Assembly (NCBI GenBank): GCA_963555825.3
Contig: CAUVXB020000001.1
Location: 2,048,001 to 2,112,000 of the forward strand
Reading direction: 5' to 3'
Origin: Alphaproteobacteria bacterium
Lineage (GTDB): Bacteria; Pseudomonadota; Alphaproteobacteria; JAAXGF01
Length of the DNA: 64,000 bases
The position numbers were made by a program, and so were the translations under genes. The notes under the pieces were generated by a model. The model did no database searches. It had not been told where the DNA came from and worked only from the letters and a program-made list of their open reading frames with translations. Below, piece after piece: positions 40,380-50,255 of the stretch; the first letter of the stretch is position 1; the number at the start of each line of letters is the position of its first letter.

Positions 40380-41519
40380 GTGTCGAACGACTGCGATTTC
40401 CTCGTCATCGGCGCCGGCATCGCGGGCGCGTCGGCGGCCTATTTCCTGGCCGAAAAGGGCCGGGTCACCGTGCTCGAGCGTGAGGACGCACCGGGCTACC
40501 ACACGACCGGACGCTCCGCCGCGCTGTTCATTGCGAGCACCGGCCCGCCCACGGTCTGCGCGCTGGCCAGAGCCGCGCAGCCATTCTTCGAGACGCCGCC
40601 CGCCGGCTTCGCTGAACATCCATTATTGACGCCGCGCGGCGCGCTGACCTTCGCCCGGCCGGGCGAAGAGGGCGCGCTCGCCGCGTTGTTCACCGATATA
40701 TCGAGCGCCGCGCCGACGGCACGCATGATCGACGCGGCCGAGGCGATCGTGCTGTGCGAAGCGCTCGAGCGCAAGGCGATTGCCGCCGCCATCTGGGAGC
40801 CCGACGTCTTCGACATCGATGTCGGCGCCATGTTGGCCGGCTATCTGAGCGGCCTCAAGGCGCGCGGCGGCACGCTGGTGACCGGCGCCGAGGTCACCCG
40901 CCTGGCGCGCGCCGACGGCCGGTGGACCGCCGAGACCACGGCCGGAAGCTTCACCGCGCCGGTCGTCGTCAACGCCGCCGGCGCCTGGGCCGACGTCATC
41001 GCGGGGCTCGCCGGCGTCACGCCCGTTGGCCTGGTGCCCAAGCGGCGCACGGCGTTCACCTTCGACCCGCCCGCAGGCATGGACTGCGACGCCTTCCCGG
41101 TCGTCGGTGACGTCACGGACAGCTTCTACTTCAAGCCCGAGGCGGGCCGTGTGCTGGTCAGCCCGGCCGACGCGACGCCCAGTCCGCCCTGCGACGCACA
41201 GCCCGAGGAACTCGACGTCGCCATCGCGGCCGACCGCATGGAACGGGTGACCACGTTCGAGGTTCGCCGCGTGACCCACAAATGGGCGGGTTTGCGCAGC
41301 TTCGTCGCCGATGGCTTGCCGATCGCCGGCTTCGCGCCCGACGCGGGCGGCTTCTTCTGGCTCGCCGGCCAGGGCGGCTACGGCATCCTGACCTCGCCCG
41401 CCATGGGCCGCCTGACTGCCGCCTTGGCGACCGGTGAACCCATGCCGGCCGACATCCTGGCGCAAGGCGTCACCGCCGATGACCTGGCGCCAGGCCGCGC
41501 GGGACTCACGTCGGTCTAG
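40380..41519 (+). CDS. FAD-dependent D-amino acid dehydrogenase (DauA-like)
   Basis: GAGIAG, GYHTTGRSAA, PKRRTAF, QPEELD, WAGLRSF, GQGGYG. Confidence 0.85.
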   Translation: MSNDCDFLVIGAGIAGASAAYFLAEKGRVTVLEREDAPGYHTTGRSAALFIASTGPPTVCALARAAQPFFETPPAGFAEHPLLTPRGALTFARPGEEGALAALFTDISSAAPTARMIDAAEAIVLCEALERKAIAAAIWEPDVFDIDVGAMLAGYLSGLKARGGTLVTGAEVTRLARADGRWTAETTAGSFTAPVVVNAAGAWADVIAGLAGVTPVGLVPKRRTAFTFDPPAGMDCDAFPVVGDVTDSFYFKPEAGRVLVSPADATPSPPCDAQPEELDVAIAADRMERVTTFEVRRVTHKWAGLRSFVADGLPIAGFAPDAGGFFWLAGQGGYGILTSPAMGRLTAALATGEPMPADILAQGVTADDLAPGRAGLTSV

Positions 41520-41525
41520 GCCCGG

Positions 41526-42167
41526 TTACTTCCAGGCGAAAGCCGGCTGGTCGTAGTGCGCGACGCGGGTCGGCTCGCCGCGCAGCGCGACCTCGCGGAA
41601 CTGGTAGAGAATTGCGGCAGTCGGCGCGAACAGGTGGTGGCCGAGTGTCGGGAGCGGCGCTGAAAGAACCGGGTGCTCGCTCTCGGGCGTCATCTCCAGA
41701 TGGGGGATTTCGGGGCTGTCGAGCTCGGTGAACGGGACCTGGAATACGCGCGCGACCTCGACCGCGTCGGGTACCAAGTCGACCGCGCCCGCGCCCCAGA
41801 CGACGATCGGCGTGATGCGAAAGCCCGAGCGCGTCGGGCAGTCGTCGAGCGTGCCGAGGATGTCGCCGGGATCGAGCGTCACGCCCAGCTCTTCCGCCAT
41901 TTCGCGGAGCGCCGCCTGGATCGGCGTTTCGCCCTCGTCGAGCCGGCCGCCGGGCAGCGCGTACTGGCCGCCGTGCCGGCGCAGGCTGTCCGGCCGCTTG
42001 GTCAGGAGGACGCCCGCCTCGCCGCCGTCCTCGCCTTCGACGATGACGATGGCGACCGCGGCCTGCCTGAGCGTGTCGTCATCGATGCCGCGCCGCTCGA
42101 ACGCGGCAAGATTTCCTGCGATGTCGCGGCGCAGGCCGTCGCCGAACGCGAAGTCGGTCAGGCGCAC
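41526..42167 (-). CDS. Nudix CoA pyrophosphatase
   Basis: LRRHGGQYALPGGRLDEGE...AALREMAEELG. Confidence 0.88.
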   Translation of the reverse strand: MRLTDFAFGDGLRRDIAGNLAAFERRGIDDDTLRQAAVAIVIVEGEDGGEAGVLLTKRPDSLRRHGGQYALPGGRLDEGETPIQAALREMAEELGVTLDPGDILGTLDDCPTRSGFRITPIVVWGAGAVDLVPDAVEVARVFQVPFTELDSPEIPHLEMTPESEHPVLSAPLPTLGHHLFAPTAAILYQFREVALRGEPTRVAHYDQPAFAWK

Positions 42168-42181
42168 GACGGGAGAGCGCT

Positions 42182-43060
42182 CTATACCGCGTCGCGGCGC
42201 AGCGGCTGGCACATGCAGTGGACGCCGCCGCCGCCCATGGTGAACATGGTGACGTCGGGGTCGTAGACGGTGAAGCCATGGGCGCGCAGCCGCGCGTTTA
42301 GGTCCGTGCTCTGCGCCGTCGACAGCACCTTGTCGTTGCCCAGTGCGACGACGTTGCAGCCCAAGGCCATGGTGTCGCGGTAGCTGACCGGCACGATCTC
42401 GATGCCCTTGCCCTCGAGCCACTCGATGATGCTGTCGTCGGTCGTGTCGAGGCAGACCGCGGCGAGCTTGTGGCCGAGCATGCAGACCATCAGGTCGATG
42501 TGCACGTAGTGCTCGGCGATCGGCGCCAGGCGCACCTCCCAGCCCTCGGCCTCGAACCAGCCCTGGGCCTGCTTGGCGGCGGGCTCCTGGGTGCGCTCGC
42601 CGCAATAGCCGATCAACACGCAACCCGGTTCGATAACGTCGAAGTCGCCGCCCTCGAACGAGGCGGCGGTGATCATGTTGTAGATCGGGATTCCCGCACC
42701 CTGATAGAAGCGGATGACCGGCGCGTACTCGCCGCGACGCCACCACTGGGCCATCTGGGTGATGACCGCGCCGTACGGCGTCATGAAGCTCGAATCGCGC
42801 GCGTACACTTGATACGGCAGTGTCTCCTCGGTCTCCAGGTAGTGGCAGGTCGCTCCGGCGTCCTCATAGGCCTGGACCACTTCGTCGTGCTGCTTCATGG
42901 CGAGCTGCCGGTCGAACTTGGCGCCGCTCTTGAGCGTCGCCTTCGAGATCGAGCTGGTCGGCAGCCAGTGGAAATACTCGGGCCGGCACAACAGCACATC
43001 ATGCAGCGCGCCGTATTCCGAATTCACGCCCCAGCCGTTGGCTGTTTCGCTGGTCGTCAT
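42182..43060 (-). CDS. amidinotransferase/dimethylarginase (pentein) family protein
   Basis: YARD, RRGE, FEGGD, HID, GGGVHCM. Confidence 0.88.
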   Translation of the reverse strand: MTTSETANGWGVNSEYGALHDVLLCRPEYFHWLPTSSISKATLKSGAKFDRQLAMKQHDEVVQAYEDAGATCHYLETEETLPYQVYARDSSFMTPYGAVITQMAQWWRRGEYAPVIRFYQGAGIPIYNMITAASFEGGDFDVIEPGCVLIGYCGERTQEPAAKQAQGWFEAEGWEVRLAPIAEHYVHIDLMVCMLGHKLAAVCLDTTDDSIIEWLEGKGIEIVPVSYRDTMALGCNVVALGNDKVLSTAQSTDLNARLRAHGFTVYDPDVTMFTMGGGGVHCMCQPLRRDAV

Positions 43061-43186
43061 GTCCTCACCTATCGAAGAGATTTGATGTCATTCGAGCGGC
43101 CGGGACAGTATCATCACCGGCCAGCAGACGGCAACCGATCCGCGCGGCGATTGCCCGGCGCATCGCACCGATTTCTTGGAGGACCG

Positions 43187-44797
43187 ATGAGCACCAACGT
43201 TACCTGCGGCCAGGCCGTGCCGATGCTTCTGGAGGCCTACGGCGTCGATACCGTGTTCGGCATTCCGGGCGTCCATACGCTCGAGCTTTACAAGGGCATG
43301 ACGGAAACCAGGATCCGCCACGTCCAGACGCGCCACGAGCAGGGCGCCGGCTTCATGGCCGACGGCTACGCGCGCGTCTCGGGCCGGCCCGGCGTCTGCC
43401 TGTTGATCACCGGTCCTGGCGTGACCAACGCCGCGACCGCGATGGGCCAGGCGTTCTCCGATTCGATCCCGATGCTGGTCGTCTCGAGCACCAACGCGAC
43501 GGCCGACATCGGCATGGGCCGCGGCCGGCTGCACGAGATCACCTCGCAGGACGCCGTGACCGCGCCGCTCACCGCCTTCAGCAGGACCGCGCCGTCGGCC
43601 GCCGACGTGCCCAACCTGATGGCACGCGCGTTTGCCGTGTTCCGCAACGCCCGCCCGCGCCCGGTGCATATCTCGCTGCCGCTCGACGTGCTCGACGCGC
43701 CCGGCGACTTCGACCGCACGCCGCGCGTGCCCGCGCCGCCGCCGGCGCCGGCGGCCCCCTCGGTCGAGGCGGCGGTTGCCATCCTCGCCGGCGCCAAGCG
43801 GCCGGTGATCATCGCCGGCGGCGGTACGGTCGCATGCGCCGCCGCGGTGACCGCGCTCGCCGAGACGCTCGGCGCCGCCGTCTTGCCGACCATCGCCGGC
43901 AAGGGCGTGGTGCCCGACGACCACCCGCTGTGCCTCGGCGCCAACCTCTCGAACAAGCCGGCGCAGGAGTTCCTGGCGACCGCCGACGTCGTCGTCGCGA
44001 TCGGCACCGAACTCGCCGAGACCGACTTCTGGGTCGACCGGGCACCGATCAACGGCAAGCTGATCCGTATCGACATCGATGCGTCATCGACCCAGCGCGA
44101 CTACCCGGCGGCCGCCGCCATGGTCGGCGACGCGGGCCAGGCGGTCGAGGCGATCCTGGCGTGCCTCGACGGCGCCGCCGGCCCCGGCTTCGCCGACGGC
44201 GAGCTGAGCGCGGTGCGCGACGCGCTGGCGGCGTTCATCCCGCCGCTCGACCGCATTCACGGCCAGGTGCTCGACGCGTTGCGCGCGGCGCTGCCCGACG
44301 ACGGCGTCGTCTTCTCGGACGCGACGCAGATCGCCTACACCGGCAACTATTATTACCCGTGCCGCCAGCCGCGCACGTGGTTCCACCCGACCGGCTTCTG
44401 CACGCTGGGCTGGGCCATGCCGGCGGCGATCGGCGCCAAGCTCGCCGCGCCCGAGCGGCCGATCGTCGCGCTCGCCGGCGACGCCGGCTTCCTGTTCACG
44501 GTGCAGGAGCTGGCGACCGCGGTCGAGCTCGAGCTGCCGCTGCCGATCGTGTTGTGGAACAACGACGGGCTCGGCGCGATCCGCGCCGGCATGGACGACC
44601 AGGACATCCCGCAGATCGCCGTCAACCCGCGCAACCCCGACTTCATCATGATGGCCAAATCATTCGGCTGCCACACCGCGCAGCCCGACAGCCTCGAGGC
44701 CTTCCAAGAAGCGCTGGCGGCGGCCTTCACGGCCGACGCCCCGACCCTGATCGAGGTGCGCCAGGACGCGCCGTATCTAGGCGGAGGCTCGGCTTAG
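43187..44797 (+). CDS. aruI: TPP-dependent 5-guanidino-2-oxopentanoate decarboxylase
   Basis: TCG, FGIPGVHTLELY, RHEQGAGFMADGYAR, TQIAYTGN, GDAGFLFT..EL. Confidence 0.78.
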   Translation: MSTNVTCGQAVPMLLEAYGVDTVFGIPGVHTLELYKGMTETRIRHVQTRHEQGAGFMADGYARVSGRPGVCLLITGPGVTNAATAMGQAFSDSIPMLVVSSTNATADIGMGRGRLHEITSQDAVTAPLTAFSRTAPSAADVPNLMARAFAVFRNARPRPVHISLPLDVLDAPGDFDRTPRVPAPPPAPAAPSVEAAVAILAGAKRPVIIAGGGTVACAAAVTALAETLGAAVLPTIAGKGVVPDDHPLCLGANLSNKPAQEFLATADVVVAIGTELAETDFWVDRAPINGKLIRIDIDASSTQRDYPAAAAMVGDAGQAVEAILACLDGAAGPGFADGELSAVRDALAAFIPPLDRIHGQVLDALRAALPDDGVVFSDATQIAYTGNYYYPCRQPRTWFHPTGFCTLGWAMPAAIGAKLAAPERPIVALAGDAGFLFTVQELATAVELELPLPIVLWNNDGLGAIRAGMDDQDIPQIAVNPRNPDFIMMAKSFGCHTAQPDSLEAFQEALAAAFTADAPTLIEVRQDAPYLGGGSA

Positions 44798-45564
44798 GTC
44801 CGATACGACGGGTCGGTTCGGTCGAGGCCGCGGAGCAGGGCTTCCCAGGCCAGATTCTTGCTTTCTCTCGGCGTGTTGAAGTCGCTGGCGACCTGCTCGC
44901 AGATCTCGTCGGCGACCGGCGTGATCGGCGCGCCGATCGACTGCGCGTCGATCTGGATCTTGCACGCCATCTCGAGGAAATACATGCGCACGAACGCCTC
45001 GCCGACGGTCTCGCCGGTGGTCAACAGGCCGTGGTTGCGCATCACCAGGACGTTCAACTCGCCGAGGTCGGCCGACAGCCGCGCGCATTCCTCGTGCTCG
45101 TCGGCGAAGCCCTCGTAGGCGTGATAGGCGACGCGGTCGTGGAACGCCATGGCGTGCTGGCTGATCGGCAGCAGGCCGCTCTCCAGGCACGAGACCGCAA
45201 CGCCGGCGCGGGTGTGCGTATGCAGCGCGCAGGTGACGTCGGGCCGGCCGGCGAGCACAGCGCCGTGGATGATGTAGCCCGCCCAGTTGATGCCCCATTC
45301 ACTCTCGCCGACGACGTTGCCGTCCGGATCGACCTCGACCAGGCTCGAGGCGGTGATCTCGTCGAACATCAGGCCGTAGGGGTTGAGCAGGAAGTTACCG
45401 TCCTTGCCGGGCAGCCGCGCCGAGACATGGGTGAAGATCAAGTCGGTCATACCGAACTTGGGCATCAGCCGGTAGCAGGCGGCGAGCTGCACCCTGGTTT
45501 CCCACTCGGCGGCGTCGTAGAGCGGCGTTTGATCGCTGGTCGTGGCGGTGGCGGTGACCGACAT
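44794..45564 (-). CDS. class II aldolase/adducin family protein
   Basis: THVSAR, NPYGLMFDEITASSL, HTHT, MRNHG. Confidence 0.92.
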   Translation of the reverse strand: MSVTATATTSDQTPLYDAAEWETRVQLAACYRLMPKFGMTDLIFTHVSARLPGKDGNFLLNPYGLMFDEITASSLVEVDPDGNVVGESEWGINWAGYIIHGAVLAGRPDVTCALHTHTRAGVAVSCLESGLLPISQHAMAFHDRVAYHAYEGFADEHEECARLSADLGELNVLVMRNHGLLTTGETVGEAFVRMYFLEMACKIQIDAQSIGAPITPVADEICEQVASDFNTPRESKNLAWEALLRGLDRTDPSYRT

Positions 45565-45688
45565 GTCTCGTCTCCGAATGTAAGAATTCGGCGCCAAGAA
45601 TGGCCCCGGCGCCAGGCGAGGTCAACCGCGCCGTGGGCGTGGCGGCCGCGCCGACGGCAAGGCTGATGCGCTCTCCGCGCATGGCCGA

Positions 45689-46357
45689 ATGTCTTTGACT
45701 GGCGTGCCGCGCGCCCAGATGATGACCGCCATGGGTGTTCTCTACCGCGTCATGACGATCGCCTTCGCCGTCGCCAGCTTCGCGGTCGCCGCGCAGGCGC
45801 GGCCGATCACCGTCGAGGGCCTCACCTTCTCCGACGAGCTGGGTGGCTTCACGGTCATCGGCGCCTGGGGCACCGGCACCAAGGCCGATCCCTTCGTCGT
45901 GGTCGAGGAGATAACCGGGCCGACCGCGGCGATCCTGGTCATCCGCGGCATGACGCCGGAATTCGGCAACCGCGCCGGCACGCTGCACCCGAACGGCTTC
46001 ATCCTGCGTAAGATCATCACCAATCGCACCCGCTTCATCTGGAACATCGTCGACTTCGAACTGCAACAGGTCATCGGCGTCTCCTCGGACACGCTCGACG
46101 GTCTTTCGTTCGGCCAGGGTGCCCAAGCCAACCGGCCGTTCAAGTCGAACAAGTTCGACTCGACGTCCGAGGTCAAGGAACCACTCGATTTCGTCACCTT
46201 CCATAACGGCGCGCTGAGACCGGGCGAGACCGCGACCTTCGACATCGTGATCACCGACACCACGCCGGTCGCGGCTTTCTATCTGGTGCAGCGCCCCAAT
46301 CGGCCGATGTCGTACCTGGACGCGCCACCCGCGACCGTGGCGAGGGCCGGGCCATGA
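45689..46357 (+). CDS. secreted hypothetical protein
   Basis: Signal peptide, FSDELGGF..., DGLSFGQ; ATGA overlap with the cyclase; exact start uncertain. Confidence 0.7.
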   Translation: MSLTGVPRAQMMTAMGVLYRVMTIAFAVASFAVAAQARPITVEGLTFSDELGGFTVIGAWGTGTKADPFVVVEEITGPTAAILVIRGMTPEFGNRAGTLHPNGFILRKIITNRTRFIWNIVDFELQQVIGVSSDTLDGLSFGQGAQANRPFKSNKFDSTSEVKEPLDFVTFHNGALRPGETATFDIVITDTTPVAAFYLVQRPNRPMSYLDAPPATVARAGP

Positions 46358-48066
46358 TCCGACGGCTGAGGCTGTGGTCGGGCCTGGTGCTGTTCGCTTA
46401 TGTCGCGACGCATCTGGCCAACCATGCGCTCGGCCTGATCTCGCTCGAGGAGCTCGAGCGCGGCCGCGCGTGGTTCCTCGCGCTGTGGCGCAATCCGGTC
46501 GGCACCGTGGCGCTGTACGGCGCCATGGCGACCCATCTGTCGTTGGTGCTGTGGGGGCTCTACCAGCGGCGCGCGCTGCGCATGCCGGGCTGGGAGGCCG
46601 GCCAGATCGTGCTCGGCCTGGTCATCCCGGTCCTGCTGATCGAGCATATCATCGGCACGCGGCTGCTCCACGAACTCTACGGCGTCGAAGACAGCTACGT
46701 CTACGTCGTGCTGATCCTGTGGGAATTCGTCCCCGAGAAGGGCGCGCTTCAATCGGTTCTGCTGATCATCGCCTGGCTGCACGGCTGCATGGGCCTGCAC
46801 TTCTGGCTGCGCCTGCAGCCGTGGTACGCGCGCGCCCTGCCCTATCTGTACGCCACCGCGCTGCTGCTGCCGACGCTCGCGCTGCTCGGTTTCGCCAATG
46901 CCGGACAGACCATCGCGCTGCTCGCCCGCGAGGGCGATTGGGTGGCCGCCACGCTCGCCGAACTCCACTTCCCCGACGAGGCGGCTGTCGGCTTCGCGCT
47001 CGCGCTGATCGAACGCATGAAATACGGCTTCGTCGGGCTCGTCGTCGCGGTCGCCCTCGCGCGCGTCGCGCGTCTGGCGTGGGAGCGACGCCACGGCGTC
47101 TTCATCATCAGCTACCCGGGTAACCGGCGCGTCCGCGCCCGTCCCGGCATCACGATCCTCGAGGCGAGCCGGGGCGCGGGCATCCCGCACGCCTCGGTAT
47201 GCGGCGGCCGTGGCCGCTGCTCGACCTGCCGCGTGCGCGTCGGCGAGGGCATCGACGATCTCGAGCCGCCGAGCGCCGGCGAAGCACGCGTGCTGAAGCG
47301 CGTCAAGGTGCCGCCCAACGTCCGGCTCGCCTGCCAGACGCGGCCGACACGCGACGTCGAGGTCATCCCCCTGCTGCCGCCCGACGCCGGGCCACGCGAC
47401 GCCCGGCCACGTCCCAACCACATGCAGGGCACCGAGCGCGAGATCGCCGTGCTGTTCGCCGACATCCGCGCCTTCACCCAGTTTTCCGAGCACAAGCTGC
47501 CCTATGACGTGGTCTTCGTGCTCAACCGCTATTTCCGTTCGATGGGCGAGGCGGTCGAGGGCGCCGGCGGCCAGGTCGACAAATTCATCGGCGACGGCGT
47601 GATGGCGCTGTTCGGCGTCGACGGCGACGGCGCGCGGGCGTGCCGTCAGGCGCTGGCTGGCGCACGCGCCATGTCGAACATGCTCGACGAGCTCAACCGC
47701 ACACTCGCCAACGACCTGGAAGAACCCCTGCGCATGGGCATCGGCATCCATTTCGGGCCGGCCATCGTCGGCGAGATGGGCTATGCCAAGGCGATCGGCG
47801 TTACCGCGATCGGCGACACGGTCAATACCGCGAGCCGCCTCGAGACGCTGACCAAGGAGTTTACCTGCCAGCTCATCGTATCCAGCGAGGTCGAGCGCAA
47901 CGCCGGCGTCGACCTCGCGGCGTTTCCCGAGCATGATGTCGAGGTCCGCGGACGCCGCGACCGGCTGCGTATCCGAGTCATTGACGACGCGCGCACGCTG
48001 CCCGATCTTGTGGCGGGCGACCGTGCGTCGGGTCGCGGGCGCGCAGCGGCGGGGACGAACGGGTGA
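46354..48066 (+). CDS. class III adenylate cyclase with His-bearing TM domain and 2Fe-2S ferredoxin (CyaC-like)
   Basis: TM helices with His (THLANH, AWLHGCMGLH), CGGRGRCSTC...LAC, FADIRAFT, DKFIGD, GDTVNTASR. Confidence 0.9.
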   Translation: MIRRLRLWSGLVLFAYVATHLANHALGLISLEELERGRAWFLALWRNPVGTVALYGAMATHLSLVLWGLYQRRALRMPGWEAGQIVLGLVIPVLLIEHIIGTRLLHELYGVEDSYVYVVLILWEFVPEKGALQSVLLIIAWLHGCMGLHFWLRLQPWYARALPYLYATALLLPTLALLGFANAGQTIALLAREGDWVAATLAELHFPDEAAVGFALALIERMKYGFVGLVVAVALARVARLAWERRHGVFIISYPGNRRVRARPGITILEASRGAGIPHASVCGGRGRCSTCRVRVGEGIDDLEPPSAGEARVLKRVKVPPNVRLACQTRPTRDVEVIPLLPPDAGPRDARPRPNHMQGTEREIAVLFADIRAFTQFSEHKLPYDVVFVLNRYFRSMGEAVEGAGGQVDKFIGDGVMALFGVDGDGARACRQALAGARAMSNMLDELNRTLANDLEEPLRMGIGIHFGPAIVGEMGYAKAIGVTAIGDTVNTASRLETLTKEFTCQLIVSSEVERNAGVDLAAFPEHDVEVRGRRDRLRIRVIDDARTLPDLVAGDRASGRGRAAAGTNG

Positions 48067-49196
48067 GCGAGGCGCAGGGCTGGATCAAGACCGCACTGGA
48101 CGGCGACCGCTTGGTCGTCGCGCTCGGCGGGCGCTGGACGATCGGCGAGGCCGCGCGGCTCGACGACGACCTCGGCCAGCTCTCGCCCGGCGCGGCCAAG
48201 GCGGTCTGGATCGACATGGGCGGTGTCGAGAGGCTCGATACCGCGGTCGCCTGGATTCTTTACCGCACTGTGGCGCGGTTGCGCGACGCCGGTTACGCCG
48301 CCGATTTCACGCGCGCCCGGCCGGAACAGATCGCGCTGTTGGAACTGGTCCACACGCATGACGCGCCGGTCGAATGCCGGCCGCCCAGCGAGCCTTCTGT
48401 CCGCGCCGTCGCCGAACATATCGGGCGCGCGACTTTCGATATCCTTGACGAGACCTTCAGGCTGCTGTCGTTCCTCGGTCTCACCGTCCAGGCGCTCGGC
48501 CGCAGCATCGTCCAGCCGGGGCGCATCCGCTTCACGGCCTTGATCAGCCACATGGAGAAGACCGGCCTCGACGCGCTGCCGATCGTCGGGCTGATCTCAT
48601 TTCTGATCGGCGTCGTACTCGCCTATCAAGGCGCCGACCAACTGCGCCGTTTCGGCGCCGAGATCTTCGTCGTCAACCTGGTCGGCGTCTCGATTTTGCG
48701 CGAGATCGGCATCCTGCTAACCGCGATCGTCATCGCCGGCCGTTCGGGCAGCGCCTTCACCGCGTCGATCGGCTCTATGAAGGTGCGCGAGGAGATCGAC
48801 GCCATGCGAACGCTGGGCCTCGACCCGATGGACGTGCTGGTCCTGCCGCGCCTCATCGCCCTGGTGCTTACCCTGCCGATGCTCGCCTTCTTCGCCGACA
48901 TGATGGGGTTGTTGGGCGGCTGTCTGTTGGCCTGGGGCGCGCTCGGCATCAACCCGGGCCAGTTCGTCGATCGCCTGCTCGATGCGATCCCGATGTGGAC
49001 ATTCTGGGTCGGCATCATCAAGGCGCCGGTGTTCGCCTTCCTGATCGCGTTGATCGGCTGCTTCGAGGGCTTCCAGGTCAGCGGCAGCGCCGAGAGCGTC
49101 GGCCAATACACGACGCGCGCCGTGGTCGAGGCGATCTTCCTGGTCATCGTGTTCGACGCGGCGTTCTCGATCATGTTCGCCTATCTGGGAATCTAG
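48063..49196 (+). CDS. MlaE-family permease with N-terminal STAS domain
   Basis: LDTA STAS motif; REIG.LLTAI..AGRSGSAF..EEIDA. Confidence 0.92.
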   Translation: MSEAQGWIKTALDGDRLVVALGGRWTIGEAARLDDDLGQLSPGAAKAVWIDMGGVERLDTAVAWILYRTVARLRDAGYAADFTRARPEQIALLELVHTHDAPVECRPPSEPSVRAVAEHIGRATFDILDETFRLLSFLGLTVQALGRSIVQPGRIRFTALISHMEKTGLDALPIVGLISFLIGVVLAYQGADQLRRFGAEIFVVNLVGVSILREIGILLTAIVIAGRSGSAFTASIGSMKVREEIDAMRTLGLDPMDVLVLPRLIALVLTLPMLAFFADMMGLLGGCLLAWGALGINPGQFVDRLLDAIPMWTFWVGIIKAPVFAFLIALIGCFEGFQVSGSAESVGQYTTRAVVEAIFLVIVFDAAFSIMFAYLGI

Positions 49197-49202
49197 CCGT
49201 CG

Positions 49203-49991
49203 ATGCCGGGCAACGATCAGACATCGGTGATCCGCGTGCGCGCGCTGCGCACGCAGTTCGGCGCGCAAGTCATCCACGACGGCCTCGACCTCGACGTGCG
49301 GCGCGGCGAGGTGCTCGGCGTCGTCGGCGGCTCGGGTACCGGCAAGTCGGTGCTGCTGCGCACCATCGTCGGGCTCAACACGCCGGCCAGCGGCTCGATC
49401 GAAGTGTTCGGCCAGGACGTCGCGACGGCCGACGCCGCCGAGCGGCGCGCGATCGAGACGCGTTGGGGCGTCCTGTTCCAGGACGGCGCGTTGTTCAGCT
49501 CGCTCACCGTGGCGCAGAACATCCAGGTGCCGCTGATCGAGCACACCGGACTTTCGGCGCAGATCATCGACGAGATCACGGCGATAAAGATTGGCATGGT
49601 CGGTCTACCGCGCGACGCGGCGGGCAAATATCCGTCCGAGCTGTCGGGCGGCATGCGCAAGCGCGCGGGTCTTGCGCGCGCGCTCGCGCTGGACCCCGAG
49701 ATCGTCTTCCTCGACGAGCCGACCGCCGGGCTCGACCCGATCGGCGCGGCGGCGTTCGACGATCTCATCGGCGGCTTGCAGCGGACCCTGGGCCTGACCG
49801 TCTTCATGGTGACCCATGACCTGGACAGCCTGGGAGCAATCTGCAACCGTATAGCCGTGTTGGCCGAGAAGCACGTTCTGGTCGTCGGCCCCATGGACGA
49901 GATGTTGCGCTACAATCACCCATGGGTGCATGACTATTTCCACGGGCCGCGGGCACGCGCTGCGCAGATGACTTATACCAAGGATCAGTGA
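49203..49991 (+). CDS. MlaF-family ABC ATPase
   Basis: GGSGTGKS, LFQDGALF, LSGGMRKR, DEPTAGLDP; stop codon supplied by the MITE. Confidence 0.93.
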   Translation: MPGNDQTSVIRVRALRTQFGAQVIHDGLDLDVRRGEVLGVVGGSGTGKSVLLRTIVGLNTPASGSIEVFGQDVATADAAERRAIETRWGVLFQDGALFSSLTVAQNIQVPLIEHTGLSAQIIDEITAIKIGMVGLPRDAAGKYPSELSGGMRKRAGLARALALDPEIVFLDEPTAGLDPIGAAAFDDLIGGLQRTLGLTVFMVTHDLDSLGAICNRIAVLAEKHVLVVGPMDEMLRYNHPWVHDYFHGPRARAAQMTYTKDQ

Positions 49992-50238
49992 TAAAGACCC
50001 ATAGAGACGGTTTCCCGTGGTTCTCGGCTAGGCGCGCCCGTCGCGGCGATGCCTTGGCATCGCAAGATGGGTGGAACGACGTCCGAGAGCCTCGGCAAGC
50101 CGCCCTTCGGGTCGCGTCCGCTTATCGCCGGCGGGCGCCAGGTTGCCTAGCCGATGCGCTGCATCGCCCGTGGCTCCCTTGCCTCACCGGCGAAAAGCGG
50201 ACGCGATCTCTAGGGGCCTTTATCACTGATCCTTGGTA
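49976..50238. mobile_element. MITE (~263 bp), TA-flanked, IS630/Tc1-like ends
   Basis: 32-bp IRs TACCAAGGATCAGTGATAAAGACCCATAGAGA / TACCAAGGATCAGTGATAAAGGCCCCTAGAGA (2 mismatches). Confidence 0.87.
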
Positions 50239-50255
50239 TTGAGCGACAGGTAACG

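Noticed and set aside
49988-50242. 84-aa ORF as a real gene (likewise 40056-40332)
   Set aside because: It coincides exactly with a MITE bounded by terminal IRs and has no RBS or motifs.
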